A stretch of DNA of 64,000 bases from Octopus sinensis (GCF_006345805.1 NC_043001.1:122140001-122204000), one strand, 5' to 3'. Positions 13,001 to 23,992 are shown, counted from the stretch's first letter. The notes: a model not told the origin generated them from the letters alone. Program-made: numbers and translations.

Positions 13001-16000
13001 GAATCACGTATTATGAACACCCGTCATTTCCACGGAGGGGATATTGTCCGATAATAACGGCAATCAGAAATTTAACGTCTAAATCTATAAAAATATTTTG
13101 AGATTAAAATACGCTTGTCGTCAAAGGGAAAGCACTCTTACATATTTTAAACGCGTTTGTCTCCCTTTGACCAGAAAACTTGGAAGTAAGCCTGTTCATC
13201 CACGCAGCTAAGCCTGCCGTAAGAGAACGTTAAATGAAAACTGGAATATCTCTTAGAGGATTACTCATTTACTTGTTTCAGTCATTTGACTGCGACCATG
13301 CTGGAGCGCTGCCTTTTAGTCGAGCTGGGATAAAACATAGGAATATACACATTAATGATAATGATGACACATACACACACACACACACACGCGGCCAGAG
13401 TTAATGGTTTCTTAGACTGGTTACCTGAATGGCATTTGGCAGTGGTGTCCACAATGCTTGCATTAGCTATTCAGATGAATGCTTAACTCTTTAATATTAA
13501 AATCAGCCACATCCGGCCAATGGCATGAAAAACTGTTAATCCAGATACATTTTCATCCTCTCTCCATTGTTTTTCTCTCTCTCTTTCCTCAATCCTTTCT
13601 GTCAAAGAGAGTAGGCTCAAAACGTCTAAGACTTTTCCATTTTCCCAGAGTATCAAACTAATACACCTTCTATACTTAAGAGATGAGGAATTATGTACAT
13701 TATTTACATTTGATGGATATTTGTCCTCATCTTGTTTGCTGTTAACACAACGTTTTGGCTGATATAGCCTCCAGCCTTCATTAGGTGTCTTGGGAAAATT
13801 TCGAATCTGGGTTCTCATTCAAAATGTATTTTTCGATGTTATTATTATCATTATTAATATTTAGATCACTGCTTGGAATCGAATGCGGAATCTTGGGGGT
13901 TAGCAGCCCGCGCACTTAACCACTACGCCATATGGAGGGTATATCAGCCAAAACGTTGTGCTGAGGACAAATATCCGTCAAATGTAAATAATGTAATACA
14001 CCTTGTTTGTTATTCCTTTACTTGTCTGTCTGTTGTACATTTGAACAAAATATTCTACTTGTTTTATGTGCAAACCAGCCAGATCCAGCCTCTCACACCT
14101 ACCCTACAGCGTAATTTCCAAAAATATGAAATCACCTTATGAAAACCTTGAAGCTACAAGATAATCCATGATTAACTTAAAACAATGTGAATAAATAAGC
14201 ATTACATTTGACAGAGTAACCTGAATGCTTATGGGTTAAATAGCTAGAAAGACTCTACCACAGTGTAACTGTTTCAGTTCCAACACAGGGTTCCTAACCA
14301 AATTACTTACCAAGCGATGAGAACACAGAAGTCTTGTGCAAATAAGTTTACGACAGAAAATGAAAATAATGAAAAGCAAAGAGAAAAAGGTATGATAAAA
14401 ATAAGAGAGTTAATGTCAACTAACCTCCCAATCTTCCATTGCAGTGAGACCGAGCAGGAGAGCTCCCAATAACCAAAAGATCTTCCATAAAAAGTGATCT
14501 GGGGAAATAATAAATTCTACAGATTTATCGAAATACAACAGAGGTACATCTATGTATCAATCATTATCATCATCATCATTGTTTAACGTCCACTTTCCAT
14601 GCTGGCATGGGTTGGACGATTTGACTGAGGTCTGGCGAACCAGATGGCTGCACCAGGCTCCAATCTGATCTGGCAGAGTCTCTACAGCTGGATGCCCTTC
14701 CTAATACCAACCACTCCGAGAGTGTAGTGGGTGCTTTTATGTGCCACTGGCACGAGGGCCAGTCAAGCGGTACTGGCAACAGCCACACTCAAATGGTGCT
14801 TTTTATGTGCCACCTGCGCAGGACCCAGTCCAGCGGCACTGGCAACGACCTCGCTCGAATGTTTTTTCACGTGCCACCAGCACAAGTGCTAGTAAGGCGA
14901 CGCAGGTAACGACCACACACGAATGGTGTTTTTAATGTGCCATCGGCATGGAGGCCAGCTTGTTGCTCTGGCCCCAAGGTTGTACAGTACAGCCAATGCT
15001 TATTTGTAAATGAGTCTGGCTTGGTAACATGCTTTTGCTAATTGTTTTAAGTGCCCGTGAAGTCATGAGCAGACACAGACACCTTTGTTGGCCCCTTGGC
15101 CATTAATCCTGCAGAACATAAAGGATTTTACAACTGAAGTGAGGTTGGGCTTCACCAGCATACAGCTGGTACTCAGCACAGCTAGGTTAACTGGAGCTGC
15201 CTGGTCTAGGAATTAAATCTAAGACATGACCATCACAAACGAGAACCTTAACTCCAAGACCATCCACTTCACCACATATTGTAGAATATTCTCTAGATAT
15301 TCTCTAGTCAAGAGAGCAAGTGGATGCTGATGGGTGAGTACTGGGGTTATAATTTGTAGAATGGTGCTATAGAACAGTGATAGTATCTGGGAGAGGGGTC
15401 TATGAAGGAGAAATGTAGGTTGTAGAACATTCTATAGATGTTGTTGTTTAGCCATAGGCTGCCACTGACCCAGTAGACTTATGGTCAGAGGCTTTCTAAC
15501 CTTGACTGTCCAAGTATTTCATCTGGCATTATACACCACAGACTACATTATCAAATGTGTCCTTTTTCAAAAAGAGTAGGATAAGATTTAGTTACTGCTT
15601 CTGTTTGGTTGCATGACTACTTCAAGGTACCCTAGTAGTAGTAGTAGTAGTAGTGGTGGGTCATCAGCAATATTATTATCAATAAAACTATGTCAAATGA
15701 ATTGTTTAAAAATATTAATCTGGAACAAAATAACTAACTGGCTTAATTAAAAAGTTTGGACCATGACCAGTTAATTAGTCTTGCTAATTACCACTTTAAT
15801 TATATTTACTACAGAAGGGCAGCGAGCTGGCAGAAACGTTAGCACACCAGGCAGAATGCTTAGCCGTATTTCGTCTGTCGTTACGTTCCGAGTTCAAATT
15901 CCGCCGAGGTCAACTTTGCCTGTCATCCTTTCAGGGTTGATAAATAAAGTACCAGTTTCGCACTGGGGTCGATGTAATCGACTTAATCCGTTTGTCTGAC

Positions 16001-17517
16001 CTTGTTTGTCCCCTCTATGTTTAGCCCCTTGTGGGCAGTAAAGAAATATATATTTACTACAGAACAATGAAAAGTTTCAAAGATATTAAATTTATAGTTT
16101 GAAGGTTGAAAATATGACATACCTGAACCATAGTAAATTGCTCCTATACCACCAGTAATCACACCTGCAAATGACAGCAACATAAATGGGTTGTTTGTAT
16201 TAAAAAGCAGCAATGTGACATGTAAAAAAATTATTTCGTTTTGACTGCATATATAATTGTAACATTTTCTCATATGAGAAATATTTAGAAAGAAATCCAT
16301 CCATCCTTCATCTCTACATGCTATTCTTGGGATGGTTGTGGAGGTAGGGTCCTCCGGCACTTCTTCTATAAGGTTCTATCAGAAGCAACATTCATTACAG
16401 TTACTGGCTGCATTCCCAAATGTGACCAACTCAAACAATGGAAACTATCAAACTGGTATTCTTTCGATAGGAGTCCCACTTACGTCACGTGTATTTGTTT
16501 ACATTTGAAGAAGAAGTTCGTCACTTTCGGTAAAATTTTTATTTTTTTATATATGTGGGGTTAGGGTTAAGGTTAGGGTTGGGGGGGAGGGTATCTTTTT
16601 TCTTCAGAAATGTAAATAAACCCACGTGGGTTTATAAGTGACAGCTATGTTACTAGTAGCAAATGATCGCCTATCAAACCTTCATACCTTAGGTCTTCTG
16701 CTGCTCGGACAGGCTTGGCTTGGCTTGGCTCGAAGCATGCATCTTGTGGTTCTTTCCAGCAACATTCTAATCACATAACCACATACTGAAGCCGAAGCAG
16801 ATTAAACCTAGATCCTGTTTTAGGTGATGTGGTTACTGGAGGTTAACACAAAGTCAGTCAAGGTGTTTCAGTAGTGGCCTTCTTGTATTTTTGCATGGTC
16901 AAGACTAAATTACCCACTGATAATTTAGTTGCTGTTTCAAGCATGTCAAGAGACTGCACTGATGTTCTTGCTACTGCTGTTTATCGTGAAGTCAGGCCTG
17001 ATTGAGTAGACACCATTCTGTCTTTTTCAGTAACCCTAATTACACAAACGTTTTGAACTTCCCTCTTCTTCCCCATCCTCACACAAATTAACTATTTGAT
17101 ACCAAATCCTTACTCAGTTGCATTTAGGATTCATCAGTTCAACATCCTGCTATGTCCTCTCCTTAATATTGCTACAACAATAACTGCAGCCCCTCTGAAC
17201 TTGCAGACTGCATTTTACACCCTTTCCCTCTCTGCTTGTGATATTTCAATTTCTCAACTTCAAGCACTTTATTCAAACCTTTTCTAAGAAGAGAATATCT
17301 CCAAAGGACAGAAACCAGGAATCAAAGTTAGAAGAATAAGATAAAAAAGAATAAGAAAATAAGGAATTTTAATGAGTTAACTCCATTAATTTTTAAGTAC
17401 AAAGATCATAAATAATAAGTTTAATTTACCAAAAAGCAAACACCAAGACCAGGAATTTGGTTCTCGACACAAGTGTAGCTTATCAGCGGTTTGTTCTTTG
17501 ATCTGCATATACACCAT
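6837..17517 (-). CDS. CYBC1: Cytochrome b-245 chaperone 1 (EROS/C17orf62) homologue; join(17517-17430,16164-16123,14498-14425,10325-10232,8453-8309,7035-6837) = 642 nt, 213 aa
   Basis: All six exons have GT-AG ends and splice into one open frame: MVYMQIKEQTADKLHLCREPNSWSWCLLFGVITGGIGAIYYGSDHFLWKIFWLLGALLLGLTAMEDWEDCIFEKSTGLLTIKKRSLLQRFLHPLLKQHVVKASLDDIVGVRVEEREMKYLGKGNQVVVLLAAGAIIGITESFTIGDSSDHYAIAHKIQDFLEVD...ENMYKM*. Collinear with human EROS as recalled (MYLQVETRTSSRLHLKRAPGIRSWSLLVGILSIGLAAAYYSGDSLGWKLF...EDWEEAIFDKSTG...VEEEKVRYFGKGYMVV). Confidence 0.93.
8309..8453 (-). CDS. CYBC1: CYBC1-like coding exon 5, 145 nt (V-KASLDDIVGVRVEEREMKYLGKGNQVVVLLAAGAIIGITESFTIGDS-S)
   Basis: ttatttccag| ... 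|gtttgt; overlaps ORF 8293..8475. Confidence 0.9.
8521..8827. repeat. 15-bp minisatellite (AGATATCAATTACCA)~20 in CYBC1 intron
   Basis: Direct reading; variant units TACCGAG and GATATTAAT. Confidence 0.95.
9384..9935. mobile_element. Tc1/mariner-type MITE with a nested family-C SINE
   Basis: TA|CAGGGTTGGCCAAAAGTCACCCGACAGTAA ... TTACTGTCAGGTGGCTTTTTGGCCAACCCTG|TA; TA TSD. Confidence 0.85.
10232..10325 (-). CDS. CYBC1: CYBC1-like coding exon 4, 94 nt (DCIFEKSTGLLTIKKRSLLQRFLHPLLKQHV-V)
   Basis: ctttatcag| ... |gtaagt; IFEKSTG matches human IFDKSTG. Confidence 0.9.
11000..11395 (-). mobile_element. CORE-type SINE 'family B', near full length
   Basis: GGCACCTTGGGCAAGTGTCTT CORE-like block, internal (TA)(TG) microsatellite, GTAAAAGAG tail; other copies 22265-22740, 26465-26820, 36985-37250, 38418-38735, 47580-47975. 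Confidence 0.85.
12311..13168. mobile_element. Long foldback element with diverged terminal inverted arms
   Basis: AAGGGAGGTAATCGCGGTTGAAATGTGTAAGAGTGCTTTCCCTTT mirrors AAAGGGAAAGCACTCTTACATATTTTAAACGCGTTTGTCTCCCTT; inner arms ~12450-12475 / ~12998-13020 also pair. Confidence 0.7.
12577..12850. mobile_element. 274-bp MITE with 9-bp TSD (MULE- or Merlin-like)
   Basis: TSD CACTTTCGA at 12568-12576 and 12851-12859; TIR GGTACTACTAGCG / CGCTAGTTGTACC; 34-bp subterminal IR with 2 mismatches. Confidence 0.85.
13640..14000. mobile_element. Penelope-like pLTR fragments in inverted arrangement with a decayed hammerhead-like motif
   Basis: Minus 13784->13751: CTAATGA-AGGCTG-gaggctatat-CAGCC-AAAA-CG; an inverted partial copy lies at ~13932-13995. 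Confidence 0.5.
14425..14498 (-). CDS. CYBC1: CYBC1-like coding exon 3, 74 nt (D-HFLWKIFWLLGALLLGLTAMEDWE)
   Basis: atttccccag| ... |gttagt; second hydrophobic segment followed by the conserved EDWE. Confidence 0.9.
15817..16048 (+). mobile_element. Family-A SINE with 16-bp TSD
   Basis: TATATTTACTACAGAA at 15801-15816 and 16049-16064. Confidence 0.9.
16123..16164 (-). CDS. CYBC1: CYBC1-like coding exon 2, 42 nt (G-VITGGIGAIYYGS-D)
   Basis: tttgcag| ... |gtatgt; phase 1-1. Confidence 0.9.
16476..16640. mobile_element. Small foldback/MITE with internal TTAGGG-like repeats
   Basis: CACGTGTATTTGTTTACATTT vs AAATGTAAATAAACCCACGTG; GGTTAGGGTTAAGGTTAGGGTT inside. Confidence 0.55.
17430..17517 (-). 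CDS. CYBC1: CYBC1-like coding exon 1 (MVYMQIKEQTADKLHLCREPNSWSWCLLF-G)
   Basis: ATG at 17517-17515; donor G|gtaaat; an acceptor ttttacag| lies 27 nt upstream of the ATG (exon starts at 17544), so a 5'UTR exon exists further upstream. Confidence 0.9.
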
Positions 17518-18009
17518 TGTTAATCCAGAAAAGTTCTATGGCTACTGTAAAAAAAAAAAAAAGAGATAAAAATATAGAAAATAATTTTCAAGGTAAAAAG
17601 TTGTTTATATTTCTGCTATGGTTGTTTAGTAGGACAAAAAGCAAAAGCTGAAAATCTAAACAATTCATCAAGCAGACTTCCATATAAAAAGCAAACCAGG
17701 AGAGACCATTCCACTTTTTTCCCAGACAGTGAACCAACAGTACATTATCCAGTGGGGTCCTTCCATTTTTAAGATGATGGGAACATAAAATGATAATGAT
17801 GTACAATGAATGTTTTTCACAATTGTAGTGTGGTTTGAAACTTTCTCACTGAAATATTGTCTTACCAATGCTGCCAGACCTTAAACTGACTAAAACACAT
17901 TGTTTTAGAGAATTAAAGGGAATTTAGAAATCTAAGTGGTTTCCTCAATCAGCACTCCTGCAAATACAGGCTAACAGAACATATAAGTGGATGGCTTTCC
18001 TTGCAGGAA

Positions 18010-18318
18010 ACTGTTCAACACAAATTGAAATTCCAGGGATAATTTATCAGTTGCAGAGTTGCTGAAGTATGGAACAAACTGCCAGCATTAGTTGTTAGTT
18101 GTTGGAGCACTGCAACCTTCAAAACTTCCTGAGATTCGCCAACACTACACCTGATTTTCTCCCCGCTCCCATACACATGCAAGCATGTATCTGACTCATA
18201 CACTGTTCACTTTCCAGACATTTGTACATTACTGCATATGCTTTATACGCACTTTTGACAAGTTGTGGTGCACCTGAGCACTGTATACAATAATTTCATT
18301 ATTATTATTATTATTTTA
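18010..18318 (+). mobile_element. CR1/L2-type LINE 3' end with (ATT)n tail
   Basis: Translates to ...CRVAEVWNKLPALVVSCWSTATFK, resembling the conserved RVVNAWNSLP terminal motif. Confidence 0.65.
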
Positions 18319-18512
18319 TAAAATAGACTATGTCCAAAGATGAAATGACCTCTTCAGGGAGGGAGAGGGAGATTGCAGGGTATATAAAAACCAGTATCAA
18401 ATGATGTTGCATACATCAAGTAAACAGAAGGGTGTAACAAATGCATCCTTTAATGATGGTAAGGTGTGATGTGAGGGACATATTGTCATTTTTAGATAAT
18501 GATTATCTTGAA

Positions 18513-18713
18513 CAGTGCTTTTCAAACATTTTGGTGGAGTGGAACCCCAAGGAAACATACCACTGGCTCGAGGAACCCCTGTGTTATAATTTAATAGTCT
18601 TATGCACCCATATCTGCACAGGAGAATTAAAAATTACTGCCGATTTTAGCAGTTTTGTAACTTCTTGCAGAACCCCTGGACTGTACTGGCAGAACCCTGG
18701 TTGAAAACCACTG
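18513..18713. mobile_element. hAT (Charlie-type) MITE
   Basis: TIR CAGTGCTTTTCAA / TTGAAAACCACTG; 8-bp TSD ATCTTGAA / ATCTAGAA (NTCTAGAN target consensus). Confidence 0.85.
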
Positions 18714-20257
18714 ATCTAGAAGGTGGCGAGCAGGCAGAAATGTTAGCACACCGGGTGAAATGCTTAGTGGTATTTCGTCTGCCGTTACGTTCTGAGTTCA
18801 AATTCCGCTGTGGTCGACTTTGCCTTTCATCCTTTCGGGGTTGATAAATTAAGTACCAGTTATGCACTGGGGTCAATGTAATCATCTTAATCCCTTTGTC
18901 TGTCCTTGTTTGTCCCTTCTATGTTTAGCCCCTTGTGGGCAATAAAGAAATAAGATAATGATTATCTCCTGTGGTTTCATAAAAGCAAGCTGTATAAAAC
19001 ATCTACTGTAATATGCATAACATAACTGTGAAACAAGCAAATAGCTATCAATCTATAATGAAAGAAGAGGCTGTCGTCCCTTCAGACTAAGTCATTTTTA
19101 ATATCTGTTCAAAAAAATATTTTTTGGAGTCCTCTGATTGCAGTTCAAGGAAGTTCTGAAAAGAATTACTAAATCTCATTAAGTGATATGTGGCCGTTGA
19201 CGCAACAGTGAGTTTCTAAGTTTATGAGGTTGAAATGCTAGCATAATTGACGGATTAAGCGAGCTTTATTGATTACGTATTGGTTGTCTTTGTGCATTAA
19301 AAATGTAACAGTTTATATAGAACAAAAAAAAAGTGCACCTACATTGTTCAGGTGCACTGTAGTTGCTACATTATTGATCTTAAAACACTTTAGGATAATA
19401 TATATATATCCTTGCTCTATCACTACTACCTCTAGGTTATTAACGTAATCTACATGACTCTCTCTTTCTATTATATCGTACATCATCTTCACATACATCA
19501 CCACTATTCATAATTTCCTTTTCCTATCTAACATCTCCTTTACTCCTCTCTGCAGAAATTTTTTTTTTTAATAATTATTGATCTTCCATATGTTATATAT
19601 TTGAAGATGATATTGTGTATGTGTGTACCAGAGTTGAAAAATAGATGTAACCATGATATTCTATCAATCTGAAGAGCTAGCCTTCTGTATCTGCATTGGT
19701 TTGTACTATGCAATTTATAGCCTACATACTAGCGTAGACATATAAAATAATTTATATCAAAATTTAACGTCCACTTTCCATAAGACGTTGGCTGTAGAAA
19801 CAGCCGTCATCCTATGAATATCAACTGGTGAAATAAATATACTTCATCTCATTCCTCCTGACTTTCTTTATATTCATTATACTACTCATGAAATAATTTT
19901 CACTGACTTGATTTACTGGATTTCAACAGCATGGGACTCTACATTACATTCCTACGTAGTGGTTTACTATGTGGTATGTAACCGGATCCATAAAGGAGCT
20001 TTTGTCATTACCAGTGGTCTATATAAATACATATATTGTAGATTATGTATGTATGTACGTGTTTGTAAACTTTTATTTACACATGAACTCATCGATATAC
20101 AAAGCAAACGTGCAAAATCTATCGGCAAAATACGCAGAGCAGTCTGGGAACTGTTACAAGAGTATAATTAAGAATTAATTAACTAAAAAAAAAGTCCTAA
20201 GTAATTTGTGGCCTGTGAGGCAATCAGTTGTTGAACACACACACACGTGTGTATATA

Positions 20258-20322
<65 letters not shown>

Positions 20323-22158
20323 ATATATATGCCTTAATATTTTGAAACGTCGTATAATGAGGAAAGCAGAAGTACATTAAAATACATTTTTTGTGTCAAG
20401 TGAAAAGGAACCCGGAATTAATTTTTTGCTGTAATGCATCGGTATTTTCAGATTAGCTCAACAAGCAATAAGTATAATCAAAACGAGTAAATACATACTT
20501 GAAGCAATATTAGATAAGGCTAGTATTGCTGTAGGCCTTCTTTTGGGTCACTGAGAACACTATGATATCGGTTGAGAAGAGAAAACCCGGTTAGATTACC
20601 AGTGAAGCGGAGACGATAAGCATAGTGTTTCCATATTGATAGCGGTGAACGATGACAACCTGTTCATCATCTAAAAAATATCCGACTATGCTAAACCTAT
20701 TTAGTTTGCTGTTTAGATCAACCCAGACGGATCTATAAGGGGACAAACACGTTTCAGACGCAATAATGTCGATTTAGGTGTGTTTTTTTTTTGTTAAATA
20801 TACATTAAGTATTTAGCATCATATGATACAATGCACTAATTTTTTAAGATAGTGGTTTAAGTTCGATGGGAAACTTAGGTGCTATTTCTAGCAAATCGAC
20901 TGATCATAGAGACGTCTTTAGCTTATTTGTTTTCAGTTGGTGATATCTCATTATTTAAACAAAGACAAACGAAGAGAGGTGATTCATCGCATTGCAAAGA
21001 ATTGATTTTTACTCACAGACATAATAAAGAGGTGTAGATATGACTGTTTTAAGAAATTCGTTCCGCAACAACATGGTTTCAGTTTCAATCCTGCTGCTCG
21101 GCAGTTTGAGAAAGTGTCTTCTTTATTAAATTGAAGAAAACTACTGTGTATACACACACACTCACACATTTAATATCGGTTTCAAATTTTGGCACAAGGC
21201 CAGCAATTTCAGGGAGTGGGTAAGTCGATTACATTGACCCTAGTGATCAACTGGTACTTATTTTATCGACCCCGAAAGAATAAAAGGTAAAGTCGACCTC
21301 GGTAGAATTTGAACTCAGAATGCTAACAATTCTTTTCTATTCTAGGCACAAGGCCCGAAATTTCATCGGGAGAGTGTCAGTCGATTATATCGACCCCAGT
21401 ACGCAACTGGTATTTAATTTATCGACTCCGAAAGGATGAAAGGCAAAACTCGACCTCGGCGGAGTTTGAACTCAGAAAGTAAAGACAGACGTAATACCTA
21501 TTTCTTTACTACCCACAAGGGGCTAAACACAGAGGGGACAAACAAGGACAGACAAACGGATTAAGTCGATTACATCGACTCCACTGCGTAAGTGATACTT
21601 AATTTATCGACCCCGAAAGGATGAAAGGCAAAATCGACCTCGGCGGAATCTAAACTCAGAATGTAACGGCAGACGAAATACGGCTAACGCATTTCGCCCG
21701 GCGTGCTAACGATTCTGCCAGCTCGCCGCCTTACATCTTCAGTCATATATCAACTAACCAGACTTCATATTTAAAGCAGTGTGTGCGTGCACGAACGCAA
21801 AAACAGAAACACATACGTGCACACACACACACACTGGTCTTTTGCACATCTTCTGTCGCCCAAATTCACTCGGAAAGGAGTGGGCGGTATTGGACTGTCG
21901 CACAAGGTGTGAGTTGTGGGGCCAAACCCGAACCCACATAGTTGCAAAATGAGATTCTTTACTAAAAATAATATGTAGTCATGCAATAGGGAGCGAGTTT
22001 AGTCTTTGGTAAGTACAGAGACAACTTCGGGCATGTTTCGGTTTTGTTAGGTATCTTCAGCGAAGCGCAGTCCTACTGGTGTTACCGAACCTTAAACTTA
22101 GTAAGAGCTAAATAAATTTCTAGTAAATAAATTGTCTTGATTTTATTTGGGAATTCCT

Positions 22159-22160
<2 letters not shown>

Positions 22161-22230
<70 letters not shown>
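22161..22230. repeat. (GA)n microsatellite; long (TA)n follows at ~22396-22492 inside a SINE
   Basis: Direct reading. Confidence 0.9.
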
Positions 22231-22233
<3 letters not shown>

Positions 22234-22394
22234 CATTGTCTAGAAAGGATGCAGCATCCACCCTTACCAACAACATGGTTCCGGGTTCAGTCCCACTGAG
22301 TGGCACCTTGGGTAAGTGTCTTCTATAGACTCGGGCCGAGCCGACCAAAGCCTTGTCAGTGGATTTGGTAGATAGAAACTGAAAGAAGCCCGTC

Positions 22395-22505
<111 letters not shown>

Positions 22506-22979
22506 GTGTGTGTACATGTGTGTATATGTTTGTGTGTCTGTGTTTGTCTCCCCAACACCGCTTGACAACCGATGTTGGTGTATTTACATCCCTGTAACGT
22601 AGCGGTTCGGCAAAAGAGACCGATAGAATAAGTAATAGGTTTACAAAGAGTAAGTCCCGGGGTCGATTCGCTCGACTTAAGGCGGTGCTCCAGAATGGCC
22701 ACAGTCAAATGACTGAAACAAGTAAAAGAGTAAAAAGAGAGTAGACTCTAGTACGCTGACCTTCACTTACTGAGCAGCATCTTCTATAGTCATCAACAGC
22801 AGCAGATTCCAACCATACACAAACTTCCCTAGAGATTATCTCGATGTTCTTTCATACAGGGACTTAGTGACTGGCAGAGAGTTATCTTGTTTAAAACACT
22901 GTAATTGACACCGGTACGAGACATTACTCGTTTACATCTAGTGTTGTTATTACTGTTGTACTCCAAATCATTCGTTAGA

Positions 22980-23590
22980 CCAGCGTTAGACCCTTCAGTG
23001 GGTTGCGAGATGAATAAAAAGAGTCGCAACAAAAAAGAAGGAAAGAAAAAAGAAACGCAACTGGGTACAAAGTGCAGAATATACAGCGTTTGTCAAAACT
23101 GTGGGTCCTGGCCCTTCAGTGGGTCGCAACATAAAAGAAAGAAAGAAAGAAAACAAAACGCAAGTGGGTGCAAAGTGCAGAATATCCAACGGTTTTCACA
23201 TTGTGGATCCCGGCCCTTCAGTGGGTCGCGAAATAAATAAAATGGGTCGCAACAAAAAAGAAGGAAAGAAAAAAAAGGCAACTGAGCGCAAAGTGCAGAA
23301 TAACCAGCGTTTTTCAAACTGTGGGTCCTCGCCCTTCAATGGGTTGCGAGATAAATAAAATGGGTCGCAAAAAAATAAATAAATAAATAAAATTATGAAA
23401 AAAAAAACAAAACAAAAAAAAAAAACGCAACTGGGTGCAAAGTGCAGAATATTCAGTGGTTTTCAAACTGTGGGTCCTGGCCCTTCAGTGGGTCGCAACA
23501 TAAAATTGGTCGCAACATAAAAGAAGGAAAGAAAAAAAAAACCAACTGGGTGCAAAGTGCAGAATATCCAGCGGTTTTCAAACTGGGGAT
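22980..23590 (+). repeat. Tandem array of 5-6 units (100-150 bp), each starting with a hAT-like terminal sequence
   Basis: Unit starts ~22981, 23084, 23186, 23306, 23454, 23569: CAGYGGTTTTCAAACTGTGGGTCCTGGCCCTTCAGTGGGTCGC. Confidence 0.8.
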
Positions 23591-23992
23591 CCCGTATACC
23601 TGTGTGCGTGTGTGTGTGCATGTATGTCTGTGTTTGTTCCACCACAACTTTGGCAACTAACTGGTATTGGTTTGTTTACGTCCCCGTAACGCAGCGTTTT
23701 AGCAAAAGTGGACGATAGAATAATAATAAACTTTAAAAAGGCACTGGGGCAAATTTCTTCGACTAAAACTCACCAAAGCAGTGCCCCAGCATGGGCACAG
23801 TCCACTGATTGAAACAGGTAAAAGATGAACTATATATTCTTTTAGCGCTTCCAGCGATGTTCTATAGCTGAATGCGAATACTTAGAACTGAGGAAAATGC
23901 TTTTATCTGTTATATATGAAGAAGTATATATAAATAGAAATAGAAATATTATTATTTCTAAGTCTCTCTAAAGGAGAATACGGCAGCGGTAC

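Noticed and set aside
17668-17868. ORF upstream of CYBC1 exon 1 as a possible N-terminal extension
   Set aside because: Ends in its own stop, no donor linking it to the 17544 acceptor, no similarity to EROS.
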